DNA from: Candidatus Latescibacterota bacterium
GTDB taxonomy: Bacteria; Latescibacterota; UBA2968; UBA8231
NCBI GenBank assembly: GCA_965203175.1
Contig: OZ241867.1
Location: 6,240,001 to 6,304,000, forward strand
Direction of reading: 5' to 3'
Length of the DNA: 64,000 nucleotides
Under the pieces are notes generated by a model, which ran no database searches, was not told the DNA's origin, and was given only the letters and a program-made list of their open reading frames with translations. Below, one piece after another: positions 18,631 through 28,619 of the stretch. Position numbers and translations under genes: made by a program. Position 1 is the stretch's first letter, and each line of letters begins with the position of its first letter.

Positions 18631-20004
18631 CTAGCCTGAGCCAAGTGCGAGGGCTTCGACCGCCTCCATCCCCCCTACCCCGACCACCTCCATCCCCTCC
18701 GGCCGCTTCCACCCCTGCAGGTTGCTCCGCGCCACCAAACACCGTTCAAACCCCAAACTCCGCGCCTCGGCCACCCGCCGGTCAATCTGGTTCACCGGCC
18801 GGATCTCTCCCCCCAACCCGATCTCGCCAATGGCCACGGTCTGCGCTTCGATGGGCTTGTTGCGGAAGCTCGAGACAATCGCCATCCCCACCCCCATATC
18901 CACCGCCGGCTCGTCGAGGCGAATGCCCCCTACGACATTGACGAAAATATCCTCGCTCGACAGGTCGTGGCCGCAGCGCTTTTCGAGCACCGCGATAATA
19001 ATCGAGAGCCGCTTGGCGTCGATGCCGGTGGCAACCCGCTGCGGATAACCAAAACTGGAGCGCGAGACGAGAGCCTGAATTTCGATCAGGAGCGGCCGCG
19101 TACCCTCCATGCTACAGACAATGGCCGAACCCGACACGCCCTCGGCGCGCTCGGCCAACAGAATTTTGGAGGGGTTGGCGACCTCGATCAGCCCTTGGTC
19201 CCGCATCTCAAAAATCCCAATCTCGTTGGTCGAACCAAAGCGATTTTTGGCGGCGCGCAGGATGCGGAAGTGGTGGTGCCGCTCACCCTCTAAATAGAGC
19301 ACGGTATCGACCAAGTGCTCCAGTACCCGCGGCCCAGCGACCGTGCCCTCTTTCGTCACATGCCCCACCAAAAACGTGGGAATGCCGCTCTCTTTGGCCA
19401 GATAGACGAGCCGCGCCGCGCATTCGCGCACTTGGGTCACGCTGCCGGGCGCGCTCTCCAGCTCGGGCATGTAAATGGTCTGGATCGAGTCGATAATGAT
19501 GGCCAGCGGGCTAGCAGATTGCAGCTGGTCGAGAATAGCTGTAAGGCTGGTCTCGGCCATCACGTGCAGGCTTTCGCACAACGCGCCTAAGCGCCCGGCG
19601 CGCAGGCGAATCTGCGCGGCCGATTCCTCGGCGGAAATGTACGCGATGCGAAAATCAGAGGCCGCTAGCTGTCCGGCCATCTGCAACAGGAGCGTCGATT
19701 TGCCAATGCCGGGATCGCCGCCGACTAAGACGACTGAACCGGGCATGATGCCACCGCCCAAAACCCGGTCAAACTCGGAGGTGCCGATTTGCAGCCGCTC
19801 GTGGTCTTGGTCATCAACTTGCGTAATGGGCTGCAATTGGGAGCGGGGCGATACCGTTAGATGTTCGCGCCGGCTGTCGGTTGCTTGGGGCCGTTCTTCG
19901 ACGCAGGTGTTCCACTCGCCGCAGGCCACGCAGCGCCCAAACCAGCGCGCAGCACTGTGGCCGCAGGACTGACAGACGTAAGCGGAACGATTCTTTTTGG
20001 CCAT
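18631..20004 (-). CDS. radA: DNA repair protein RadA/Sms
   Basis: N-terminal CxxC...CxxC, GDPGIGKST, KNRFG, Lon-like C-terminus. Confidence 0.97.
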   Translation of the reverse strand: MAKKNRSAYVCQSCGHSAARWFGRCVACGEWNTCVEERPQATDSRREHLTVSPRSQLQPITQVDDQDHERLQIGTSEFDRVLGGGIMPGSVVLVGGDPGIGKSTLLLQMAGQLAASDFRIAYISAEESAAQIRLRAGRLGALCESLHVMAETSLTAILDQLQSASPLAIIIDSIQTIYMPELESAPGSVTQVRECAARLVYLAKESGIPTFLVGHVTKEGTVAGPRVLEHLVDTVLYLEGERHHHFRILRAAKNRFGSTNEIGIFEMRDQGLIEVANPSKILLAERAEGVSGSAIVCSMEGTRPLLIEIQALVSRSSFGYPQRVATGIDAKRLSIIIAVLEKRCGHDLSSEDIFVNVVGGIRLDEPAVDMGVGMAIVSSFRNKPIEAQTVAIGEIGLGGEIRPVNQIDRRVAEARSLGFERCLVARSNLQGWKRPEGMEVVGVGGMEAVEALALGSG

Positions 20005-20007
20005 GCC

Positions 20008-20880
20008 TCAATTCGTCTGAGTAGTCGCACGTGCGACAACGACTCGGGGAATCTGGTTTAAGTCCGATCTTATCTGAACCTCAGTCAAGCGTGCAGACCG
20101 CGCAAGTAGGCCCTCCACGGCCGCGCTTTGGCCCTCTCCTACTTCTAGTAGTAGATAGCCTCCAGGGCGAATAAAGTCCGCTGCCTCCTGCGCGATGCGG
20201 CGGTAATACGCCAAACCGTCTTCGCCCCCATCTAGCGCGAGATGAGGCTCGTAATCGCGTACTTCCGGTGCCAGTTGCGCCAAGTCGCTGCGGCGCACAT
20301 ACGGCGGGTTGGCCGCGACGAGGTCAAAAGGCTCGGTGCCGCGGAGAGGCGTAAACAGATCGCCGCAGTGCCACTCGACGCGCTCGGCTAGTCCGCAGCA
20401 CTGGCCGTTAGCCTTCGCTACTTCTAACGCTGCGGCCGATACGTCGGCCGCCACCACTTCGGCCGCAGCCGCCTCTTGGGCCAGCGACAGGGCGACCGCA
20501 CCTGAGCCGCAACACAGGTCGAGAATTCGGCCACCTGCGGGCAAAAGCTCCAAGGCCACATCGACGAGTACTTCGGTCTCAGGGCGCGGGATCAACACCG
20601 CAGGCGTCACGGTCAACTCTAGATGACGAAAGGCGGCCACGCCCGTAATGTACTGCACGGGCACGCGCTGCAATCGCTGACGCACGTATTCCCGATAGCG
20701 GTCCACTTCACTGCTGTGCAAGGGGCGTTCAAATTGCAGGTAGAGATCGAGGCGTTTGACGCCGAGCACTGCGGCTAGCAGCAACTCTGCTTGCAGGCGG
20801 GCGTTTTCCAACCCCTTTGACGCGAAGAAACGGCTCGTGTTTTCGAGGATATCGAGCAGCCGCCAAGAGCGTCCGCTCAT
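20008..20880 (-). CDS. prmC: Release factor glutamine methyltransferase
   Basis: LIPRPETE, DLCCGSG, NPPY; adjacent to prfA. Confidence 0.96.
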   Translation of the reverse strand: MSGRSWRLLDILENTSRFFASKGLENARLQAELLLAAVLGVKRLDLYLQFERPLHSSEVDRYREYVRQRLQRVPVQYITGVAAFRHLELTVTPAVLIPRPETEVLVDVALELLPAGGRILDLCCGSGAVALSLAQEAAAAEVVAADVSAAALEVAKANGQCCGLAERVEWHCGDLFTPLRGTEPFDLVAANPPYVRRSDLAQLAPEVRDYEPHLALDGGEDGLAYYRRIAQEAADFIRPGGYLLLEVGEGQSAAVEGLLARSARLTEVQIRSDLNQIPRVVVARATTQTN

Positions 20881-21944
20881 AGGTCTGCCGCCAGCGCGTC
20901 CTGCTGCGATGCAAGAGCCAATTGCTCTATGAATTTCTCAAAATCGCCGTCGAGAATCTCTTCCAAGCGATAGAGGGACAATCCTATGCGGTGATCGGTA
21001 ACCCGGCCCTGAGGGAAGTTGTAGGTGCGAATTTTCGCGCTGCGGTCGCCGGAGCCGATCTGGCCGGCGCGGGCGGCGTCGCGCTCGGCCTTTTGCTCGG
21101 CCTGCAATTTGTCGTAGAGCCGAGCGCGCAGGACCTTCAATGCTTTGTTCTTGTTTTTTAGCTGCGACTTCTCGTCTTGGCAGGAGACGACAATGCCCGT
21201 TGGGACATGGGTGATTTTCACGGCCGAATCCGTGGTATTGACGCTCTGGCCGCCAGGCCCGCTAGAGCGGTACACTTCGATTTTCAAATCCTCGGAGGCG
21301 ATTTCCACCTCCACTTCCTCGGCTTCGGGCAAAACCGCTACTGAAGCCGCCGATGTGTGAATCCGGCCCGACGCCTCGGTTTTAGGAACCCGCTGCACGC
21401 GGTGCACCCCGCTCTCGAACTTGAGCTGACCAAAGGCGTCCGCGCCTGAAACCACAAACACCACTTCCTTAAAGCCACCGGCTGGATTCTGACTGGAGGA
21501 AAGCTCCTCGGTCTTCAAGCCCTTGCGCTCGGCGAAGCGGTGGTACATGCGGTATAGATCGCTGGCGAAAAGCCCGGCTTCGTCGCCGCCCGTGCCGGCG
21601 CGGATCTCGACGATGGCGTTGCGGCCGTCGTTGGGGTCCTTGGGAATCAGCAGCACTTTGAGTGTTTCTTCCAGCTGCGCCACTTTTTCCCGTAGTTGGT
21701 CGCGTTCGGCCGCGGCCAACTCGACTAGCTCTGCATCGCTGCCATCGGCGATAATCTCCTCGGCCTCTGCGAACTGTTCCAGCGCGGCGCGGTACTGGCC
21801 CGCTAAATCCACCACTTCCTGCAAGTCGCCCATTTCCCGCGCCAGCTTCTGGTACTGAGTCGGGTTTTGGCTGGTGGCCAGATCGGCCATAAGCGCGCTT
21901 AGCTCCTCGTAGCGCTGCTCGTATTCGTTCAACTTATCTAACAC
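20877..21944 (-). CDS. prfA: Peptide chain release factor 1
   Basis: GGQ motif, PxT (VPKTE), RTYNFPQGRVTDHR. Confidence 0.98.
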   Translation of the reverse strand: MLDKLNEYEQRYEELSALMADLATSQNPTQYQKLAREMGDLQEVVDLAGQYRAALEQFAEAEEIIADGSDAELVELAAAERDQLREKVAQLEETLKVLLIPKDPNDGRNAIVEIRAGTGGDEAGLFASDLYRMYHRFAERKGLKTEELSSSQNPAGGFKEVVFVVSGADAFGQLKFESGVHRVQRVPKTEASGRIHTSAASVAVLPEAEEVEVEIASEDLKIEVYRSSGPGGQSVNTTDSAVKITHVPTGIVVSCQDEKSQLKNKNKALKVLRARLYDKLQAEQKAERDAARAGQIGSGDRSAKIRTYNFPQGRVTDHRIGLSLYRLEEILDGDFEKFIEQLALASQQDALAADL

Positions 21945-22885
21945 GATGGGTTGGCCTCGACTTTTTCATCTAGGGCGCGGCGCAGTGCGTATAGGGCGAC
22001 CTCTAATTGGTCGTCATCCGGCTCACGGGTCGTAATGCGCTGCAACCACAGCCCCGGGGCACTCAGCAACCGGACCAGCGGGGCATTGCGCTTCTTGCCC
22101 GACAACTTGAGCAATTCAAAGCTCGTCCCCGCGATAAAAGGCAGAACCGCAAAATGGGTGGCAAAGCGCTCAAAAAGGCTCTGCGTGTGCCCAAAAACGA
22201 GCGGGAACAGCGAATCCACACAGGCGAAGATCAAGATCGCAAAAAGCACTACGATCAGCATGAAGCTGGTTCCACAGCGCGGATGCAGCCGACCGAAGCC
22301 CCGCGCGGTTGCCACCGTTAGCTCGGCACCGGCCTCTAAGGTGAAGATGCTTTTGTGCTCGGCACCGTGATATTGAAAGACTCGCTGGATTTCGCGCCAC
22401 TGACTTATCGCCCAAAGATAGAGGATCAAAAGCGTCGCCCGCACGGTACCGGCCACTAGGTTGAATTCGAGGGCATTCTCCTGCAAGCCGACAAGCTGGG
22501 CAGCTAACAGTGGTAAAAAAAAGAACAGTCCCACGCCCAGCCCCACGGAAAAAATCATCGTCGCCCACAAGGCCAATTGCTCCCGCCAACTCTCCTCCCG
22601 CTGCTCGACCTGCCCCTCTTCCTGGCTGGCGACGTCGGCCGAGAAATTGAGGGCCTTCAGCCCGATGAGCATCATTTCAAAAAAAGAGAGGGCACCGCGC
22701 AGTACGGGCAGACCCAACAGGCGATAGCGCTGCGCCAGAGGATCGTACGCTTCCTCGCGCACCACGATTTGGTGGTCAGCCGCTCGCACTGCGGTGACGA
22801 TTTTGCCGGGCACGCGCATCATGACCCCTTCGATGACGGCTTGGCCGCCGACGGGTAGATCTTGCGTGAGTTGTTCTCTGTCCAT
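21938..22885 (-). CDS. DUF1385 domain membrane protein
   Basis: GGQAVIEGVMM, YHGAEHK, HPRCGTSF, TTREP; usual position between rpmE and prfA. Confidence 0.9.
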   Translation of the reverse strand: MDREQLTQDLPVGGQAVIEGVMMRVPGKIVTAVRAADHQIVVREEAYDPLAQRYRLLGLPVLRGALSFFEMMLIGLKALNFSADVASQEEGQVEQREESWREQLALWATMIFSVGLGVGLFFFLPLLAAQLVGLQENALEFNLVAGTVRATLLILYLWAISQWREIQRVFQYHGAEHKSIFTLEAGAELTVATARGFGRLHPRCGTSFMLIVVLFAILIFACVDSLFPLVFGHTQSLFERFATHFAVLPFIAGTSFELLKLSGKKRNAPLVRLLSAPGLWLQRITTREPDDDQLEVALYALRRALDEKVEANPSC

Positions 22886-22900
22886 GGACTTGCGTACACG

Positions 22901-22946
22901 AAAAAGGCGATACGATCGCCCTCAGGAGGGCGTCCTACCACCTCTT
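22901..22946 (-). terminator. Intrinsic terminator after rpmE
   Basis: Long G-U-containing hairpin (core CGCCCTC/GAGGGCG) followed by TTTTT on the minus strand. Confidence 0.55.
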
Positions 22947-22962
22947 CGCGCGGAACGGATTG

Positions 22963-23223
22963 CTAGGCTTGCTGTTCGCTTGTGCCGTAGCGGCGATTGA
23001 ACTGGTCGATGCGCCCACCGCGATCCATGATCTGCTGGCGCTTGCCCGTGTAGAAAGGATGCGAAGCCGAGCTGATTTCGACCCGAATCACCGGATAGGA
23101 ATTCCCGTCTTCCCACTCCATCGTCTCTTCGGACTTCATCGTCGAACGCGACAGTATCTTGTAGTCACAGCTAGTGTCGAGAAAGATAACCGTTTGGTAC
23201 GGGGGATGCATGTCTTTTTGCAC
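22963..23223 (-). CDS. rpmE2: 50S ribosomal protein L31 type B (Zn-free)
   Basis: HPPY...[14 protein letters not shown]...[11 protein letters not shown], with no CxC/CxxC pairs. Confidence 0.92.
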   Translation of the reverse strand: MQKDMHPPYQTVIFLDTSCDYKILSRSTMKSEETMEWEDGNSYPVIRVEISSASHPFYTGKRQQIMDRGGRIDQFNRRYGTSEQQA

Positions 23224-23307
23224 CTTTGCACTCCTCTGTTTTCTTGGCGGTGAAATTCGCTACCGAATCAATAAAAATAGAGGCTTGACGCTCAAAAAAC
23301 AAGGAAC

Positions 23308-24582
23308 CTAGTCGTTCATGGCCTTGAGGAATTCCTCGTTGGATTCCGTGCCCTGCATGCGTTCTTGGAGGAACTCCATGCCCTCAATGACTCCCATCTG
23401 ATTGAGTATGCGGCGCAGTACCCACGAGCGGTTCAATTCAAACTCCGTGAGCAGTAGCTCTTCTTTGCGGGTGCTCGTCGCCGTCACGTCAACGGCCGGA
23501 TAGACACGGCGGTTGCTCAGCCGGCGGTCTAGCTGCACCTGCATGTTGCCCGTGCCTTTGAACTCTTCAAAGATCACTTCGTCCATGCGGCTCCCAGTCT
23601 CAACCAAGGCCGTGGCGATAATCGTCAGGCTGCCGCCCTCTTCGAGGTTGCGGGCAGCGGCAAAAAAGCGGCGCGGCCACTGCAAAGCTGTTGAGTCAAC
23701 ACCGCCGGTGAGGATCCGGCCCGAGTGCGGCGTCACCGTATTGTAGGCCCGCGCCAAGCGCGTGATGCTGTCGAGCAACACGACCACATCTCGCTTGTGC
23801 TCGACTAGACGCCGGGCCTTTTCGATCACCATATCCGCTACCTGCACGTGCCGCGTAGCAGACTCGTCAAAGGTCGAACTGACGACTTCGCCCTGGACCG
23901 AACGCAGCATATCGGTGACTTCCTCAGGGCGCTCGTCGATGAGCAAGACGATGAGAATCGCTTCGGGATGGTTGGTGGTAATGGCGTTGGCGACCTTTTG
24001 CAGGAGCATAGTTTTGCCGGTGAAGGGCGGCGCTACGATTAGGCCGCGCTGTCCCTTGCCGATAGGCGAGAGCAAGTCGAGAATCCGCGTCGTCATGTCC
24101 TTGGGATTGTGCTCCAATCTGAAGCGATCCGTGGGATGTAAGGCCGTCAGGTTTTCGAAGATCGTCTTGTTTTTGGTGACTTCTGGATCGTCGAAGTTGA
24201 TCGCCTCGACTCGCAGCAACGCAAAGTATTTCTCGTCATTTTTGGGCGGGCGGATCTGACCAGAGATCGTGTCGCCCGTGCGCAGGCTAAACCGCTTAAT
24301 CTGCGAGTGGGAAACGTAAATATCGTCGGGGCCAGGCAAGTAGTTATAGCTTGGCGAGCGGAGGAAGCCGAACCCCTCTTCCAGCACCTCTAAAGTGCCT
24401 TGGGCAAAAATCAGCCCACTGCGCTCAGTCTGATGCTTGAGGATGGAAAAGATCAACTCCTGCTTGCGCAGAGAAGTGCTATCTACAACTTCCAATTTCT
24501 TGGCCAGCTCTTGGAGATCCAAGATATTCATGCGCTGGAGTTCGACAATATTCATTTTCTGCGTTCTATTGACAGGCGGCAT
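23308..24582 (-). CDS. rho: Transcription termination factor Rho
   Basis: [37 protein letters not shown]. Confidence 0.99.
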   Translation of the reverse strand: MPPVNRTQKMNIVELQRMNILDLQELAKKLEVVDSTSLRKQELIFSILKHQTERSGLIFAQGTLEVLEEGFGFLRSPSYNYLPGPDDIYVSHSQIKRFSLRTGDTISGQIRPPKNDEKYFALLRVEAINFDDPEVTKNKTIFENLTALHPTDRFRLEHNPKDMTTRILDLLSPIGKGQRGLIVAPPFTGKTMLLQKVANAITTNHPEAILIVLLIDERPEEVTDMLRSVQGEVVSSTFDESATRHVQVADMVIEKARRLVEHKRDVVVLLDSITRLARAYNTVTPHSGRILTGGVDSTALQWPRRFFAAARNLEEGGSLTIIATALVETGSRMDEVIFEEFKGTGNMQVQLDRRLSNRRVYPAVDVTATSTRKEELLLTEFELNRSWVLRRILNQMGVIEGMEFLQERMQGTESNEEFLKAMND

Positions 24583-24864
24583 CTCTTCCTTGCGACCTTT
24601 CTTGCGGTTAAAGTGCAGGAACTCGGAGCAGATATTTAGAATGCGCTGGGGCGCTAGAAGCGCCTAGTTATTGCGAGGATTGGATTGTTAAAAGCGGTAG
24701 TACCGCTAAGACACTAAAACCTGGGGTATGCCGAACCTTGACAAAATTCTTTAATCGCTACAGGAGGTCTATTGCGAGAGAATATCTAAAGGGAGAGTGG
24801 AAGTTCAAGCGGAATAAACCGCTGAGGTATTTACTTGGAAAAGGAGAGGTGCGAAAGAGACTAA

Positions 24865-24893
24865 AGAATACAGAGAACTTCTTTGTTTGTCAA
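24865..24893 (-). promoter_or_regulatory. Sigma70 promoter of rho with long leader
   Basis: TTGACA-17-TATTCT about 280 nt upstream of the rho ATG. Confidence 0.7.
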
Positions 24894-24901
24894 GGAGTAC
24901 T

Positions 24902-24951
24902 AAAAAAAAAACAAAAAATAGGACGCTCGCTCGTCGAGTGAGCGTCCTATT
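24902..24951 (-). terminator. Intrinsic terminator
   Basis: AATAGGACGCTC.../...GAGCGTCCTATT stem followed by a long T tract on the minus strand. Confidence 0.85.
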
Positions 24952-24991
24952 CTCTGCGGCTTCGCGTTCCCTTATTGATCGACACCGACGG

Positions 24992-25669
24992 TCATCGCCG
25001 TCCGACCGTCCGGGCTAGATCTTCATTGGAAGCAAAAGGTGCGACAACACCTGTTTCGTTATCTCCGTCAAAGGCTCTTACGTCATAGACATAGGAAGCT
25101 CCACTGGCACTGGCAACGTCACCGTCGACGAATTCGGAGACACCCGACCCCAGCGTGGCGATCAGCTCTTCAGTGCCGTGTTCCTGAGTTGCGGTCTTGC
25201 CGAAATCATCGGCGAAACGGAGAAAATCATCGACGTCAATTTGGCCATTGGGCACTATGTCGAAGAACAACTCAAAATTCGCATCGGCATCGGAAGAGCC
25301 GTAGCGATCGGCTAAGAGAAAGAAGTCGTCGAAGTCAACCCTGTTCCCCTCGCGCGTAAACCAGCCGAGCACCACCTCGCCGCTATCGTCCACTGGCGGA
25401 AAGAAATCCGTGCGGTACACGCGATAGCCTTGTACATCACCTGTGGGCACCACCTGGCCACCAAAGGTCGTAAACGAACGAGCGTCATCTGTTGATAGCG
25501 CCCAAGAGAGCGACACGGATGAATCATCGCCGGCTGTGGCTTGTAGATTGGTCACAGGTGCAGGAGGAATATTATCGACGGAAGCTACGGGCCCGGTGGT
25601 GGTTAACTGAGCGGCCGCGGGAACAGCGCAAAAAGCGGCTAGCGCGACGATGCGGATATACTCTTTCAT
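24992..25669 (-). CDS. Secreted FN3-like protein with internal dockerin/EF-hand-like module
   Basis: Signal peptide AAA|Q, PAPVTNL..VSLSW..GYRVYR..YVYDVRAFD, and VDFDDFFLLAD/NGQIDVDDFLRFADDFG. Confidence 0.7.
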   Translation of the reverse strand: MKEYIRIVALAAFCAVPAAAQLTTTGPVASVDNIPPAPVTNLQATAGDDSSVSLSWALSTDDARSFTTFGGQVVPTGDVQGYRVYRTDFFPPVDDSGEVVLGWFTREGNRVDFDDFFLLADRYGSSDADANFELFFDIVPNGQIDVDDFLRFADDFGKTATQEHGTEELIATLGSGVSEFVDGDVASASGASYVYDVRAFDGDNETGVVAPFASNEDLARTVGRR

Positions 25670-25723
25670 CGAACTATACTCCTTGTGAAAAGATGAAATA
25701 CACAGCCATATTGCGGCCGGTAC

Positions 25724-26389
25724 TTACTCGTACAAATCGGCACCGAGATTATCGGCCCACAGGAAAAAATCCTCAAGATCGACCATGCCATTGCCATCCA
25801 TATCTGTAGCTGGATAGAAGTCGGCCTTGCCGAAGTTGGCTTGGAAAATGCTGTAGTCTAAAAGGTCCACATCGCCATCGTAGTCGAAGTCGCCAAGGAG
25901 CAACATGTTCTTGACTTCGGCGGACTCGATGGGAGCGCTCTCGTTGCCGCTTTCATCGACGACCGAAACCATATAAACATATCGCCTGCTCCCCGCGCTC
26001 ACGTCGATCGAGGCATCAACTAAGGACGTCACGCCGGTACCAACGGTGCCGACTATTGCCAAGCTGCCGGAGCCATCGGCGAAACGACGCCATATATTGT
26101 AACCAGCCACATCGTTGACTTCTCTAAAGGTGCCGCCCGTCGTAAAGTCGCTACTCGTCGGGACCTGGCGCACGCCATCGTCGTCGGACAAGGGCCAAGT
26201 GACGGTGATGCTCCTTCCACCTTCGTTGAATTCAGCCTGTACTGCGCCGACAGGACTAGGTGCAAGATCGTCTGTATCCGCCGTAGACCCAGAGACCGCC
26301 AACTGCGCTGCAGCCGGACTCGCGCACAGAAAAACGCCGAGTCCCAACAAGGCCAAACTCGCGATAGCTCCCTTTATGCCTTTCGACAT
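25724..26389 (-). CDS. Secreted FN3-like protein with C-terminal dockerin-like double EF-hand
   Basis: Signal peptide, GYNIWR..YVYMVSVVDESGNES, and GDFDYDGDVDLLDY/DMDGNGMVDLEDFF. Paralog of the neighbouring gene. Confidence 0.75.
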   Translation of the reverse strand: MSKGIKGAIASLALLGLGVFLCASPAAAQLAVSGSTADTDDLAPSPVGAVQAEFNEGGRSITVTWPLSDDDGVRQVPTSSDFTTGGTFREVNDVAGYNIWRRFADGSGSLAIVGTVGTGVTSLVDASIDVSAGSRRYVYMVSVVDESGNESAPIESAEVKNMLLLGDFDYDGDVDLLDYSIFQANFGKADFYPATDMDGNGMVDLEDFFLWADNLGADLYE

Positions 26390-26537
26390 ATCTGATCTCC
26401 TCCTCTTAACTCAATGGGTCAAAATTCTGATTTGGCCCCAGTATAGGCCATAAATAAGCGTTTAACTTATCAATAATACCAACAGTTTGCTGTAAACTCA
26501 AGGAATTAACGCAAATTAGCGTCGCTAATTGACTTTC

Positions 26538-26566
26538 TTGACCCGGTTAATGGGCCGCCATATCTT
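26538..26566 (+). promoter_or_regulatory. Putative sigma70 promoter of dnaG
   Basis: TTGACC-17-TATCTT. Confidence 0.5.
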
Positions 26567-26610
26567 GCTCAATAGCGCTGTGAATATAGAGAAAAAGCCC
26601 CCTGCTAGCA

Positions 26611-28437
26611 ATGCCACGCATCCCCGAAGACATCCTCCAACGCATCCGCGACGCCACCGACATCGTCGACTTGATCTCCGAACACGTCCAGCTCGTCAAG
26701 AAGGGCCGCAACTACTCCGGCCTCTGCCCTTTTCACGACGAAAAAACCCCCTCTTTCAGCGTTGATCCCGACCGCCAATTCTACCACTGCTTCGGCTGTG
26801 GTGTCGGGGGCAATGTATTCAAGTTCGTCCAAGAGATCGACCGCGTCACTTTTGTCGAAGCAGTCAAATTCCTCGCCGAGCGCGCTGGCGTCGCTCTGCC
26901 CGAGCGTTCGGGGCCATCGCGCGAGGAGGCTGCAGCCGACGACGAACTCTACCGGGCCAACGACCTAGCGCAAAAGTACTTTCACCATCTGCTGCTTAAC
27001 GACGATGCCGGCGCTACTGCCCGCACGTATCTACAGACCCGTGGCCTCACAGGCGAAACCATCGCGCGCTTCGGCTTGGGCTACGCGCCGCCAGAGTGGG
27101 ACGCCTTGCTCAAAGTGGCCGGTCGCCGAGGCTTGAGTCCCCAGATCTTGGAGCGGGCGGGGTTGGCTCTGCCGCGCTCCACAGGCAGCGGCCACTACGA
27201 CCGCTTTCGCGACCGAGTCACCTTTCCCATTGCCAATCTCTCCGATCGAACCATCGCCTTCGGCGCCCGTGCCCTCCAGCCCGACCAAGAGCCTAAATAC
27301 CTGAACTCGCCCGAAACGCCCATCTACCACAAGGGCCGGGTGCTCTATGGGCTATCTATCACCCGCGACGCCATCCGCCGCCAGGATGCCGTACTAGTCG
27401 TCGAGGGCTACATGGATCTCATCAGCCTAGCACAGGCTGGTATCCAGCACGTAGTCGCCACCTCCGGCACGGCCCTGACCGAGGACCACGGCCGCCTGTT
27501 GGCCCGCTTTGCCCGCCAAGTAGTGCTGCTGTTCGACGGCGACGCAGCCGGTTCCACGGCCGCTATGCGAGCCTGCGAAGCTCTCTTAGGTACTGGCCTA
27601 GACGCCCGCGTCGTTTCGCTGCCCGCGGAGCACGATCCCGATACCTTCGTCCAAGAGCACGGCGCGGACGTGCTGCTCAAACGAGCCGAAAATGCCCAGT
27701 CAGTTCTCGATTTCTACCTCGAACAACTCGCCCAGCAGCACGATCTTTCCAGCGTCGAAGGCAAAGCGCGCGCCGTCGAAAGGCTCAAACCGCTCCTAGC
27801 TAAGCCCCGCGATGCGGTCCGCCGCGACCTGCTGCTGCGCGAAGTCGCAGAGCGTCTCTCGGTTGACGAGCAATCCCTGCGCCACGACCTGCAAGCCTCC
27901 ATGCGCCGCCCCCAACGACCGCACATGGCCGTTGCCGACGGACAGACGACCTCCTTGACCCTTACGGCCAGCCGAGCAGAAGGCCAGACGACGGCCTCGC
28001 CCGACCCGCCGCGTCACGAACTTGAATTCATGGGGCTGTTGCTCAACTTCCCGCAGCTCATACCCGAAACTGTCCGCGAATTCGCCCCCGATTCGCTAAG
28101 CGACGCCCGCATTCAGGCCCTGTGCCGCGCGCTCTTCGACCACCATGCCCACGGCAAAGCCATCGACCTTGGCATGATCATCAGCGAGCTAGAGGACGAC
28201 GCACTCGCACGCCTAGCCGCCCAATGCGCGGCCCAAGGTTTCGACGAGGAACAAGTCGAGCGGCAATGGCGTGACTATCTGCTTTACTTTCAGAAAAATG
28301 CGCTGCAAAAGCGCATCGACAATGCGCGGCAAGCCCTTGCAACGGCATCCGACGACAGCGAAATTGCCCGCATCAGCACCGAACTCGTCGCGCTCAACCA
28401 AGAGCGCCAAGCGGTCGCGGCCCAACAAAGCTCTTGA
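26611..28437 (+). CDS. dnaG: DNA primase
   Basis: CPFH..CFGC zinc finger, KYLNSPET, VEGYMD, FDGDAAG TOPRIM. Confidence 0.98.
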   Translation: MPRIPEDILQRIRDATDIVDLISEHVQLVKKGRNYSGLCPFHDEKTPSFSVDPDRQFYHCFGCGVGGNVFKFVQEIDRVTFVEAVKFLAERAGVALPERSGPSREEAAADDELYRANDLAQKYFHHLLLNDDAGATARTYLQTRGLTGETIARFGLGYAPPEWDALLKVAGRRGLSPQILERAGLALPRSTGSGHYDRFRDRVTFPIANLSDRTIAFGARALQPDQEPKYLNSPETPIYHKGRVLYGLSITRDAIRRQDAVLVVEGYMDLISLAQAGIQHVVATSGTALTEDHGRLLARFARQVVLLFDGDAAGSTAAMRACEALLGTGLDARVVSLPAEHDPDTFVQEHGADVLLKRAENAQSVLDFYLEQLAQQHDLSSVEGKARAVERLKPLLAKPRDAVRRDLLLREVAERLSVDEQSLRHDLQASMRRPQRPHMAVADGQTTSLTLTASRAEGQTTASPDPPRHELEFMGLLLNFPQLIPETVREFAPDSLSDARIQALCRALFDHHAHGKAIDLGMIISELEDDALARLAAQCAAQGFDEEQVERQWRDYLLYFQKNALQKRIDNARQALATASDDSEIARISTELVALNQERQAVAAQQSS

Positions 28438-28476
28438 CCTACTTGGGAAAAATCCTAGGTTTTTAACTACTTTACG

Positions 28477-28553
<77 letters not shown>

Positions 28554-28619
28554 TTATTTTTTCACATGTGCGGTTACGAGGATTGGGCAGCCAATTTTTG
28601 TAGCCGTTTTTTATTTCTC

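Noticed and set aside
27934-28000. ADGQTTS/AEGQTTA duplication in the DnaG linker
   Set aside because: Short and degenerate, in a variable linker, so unlikely to be significant.
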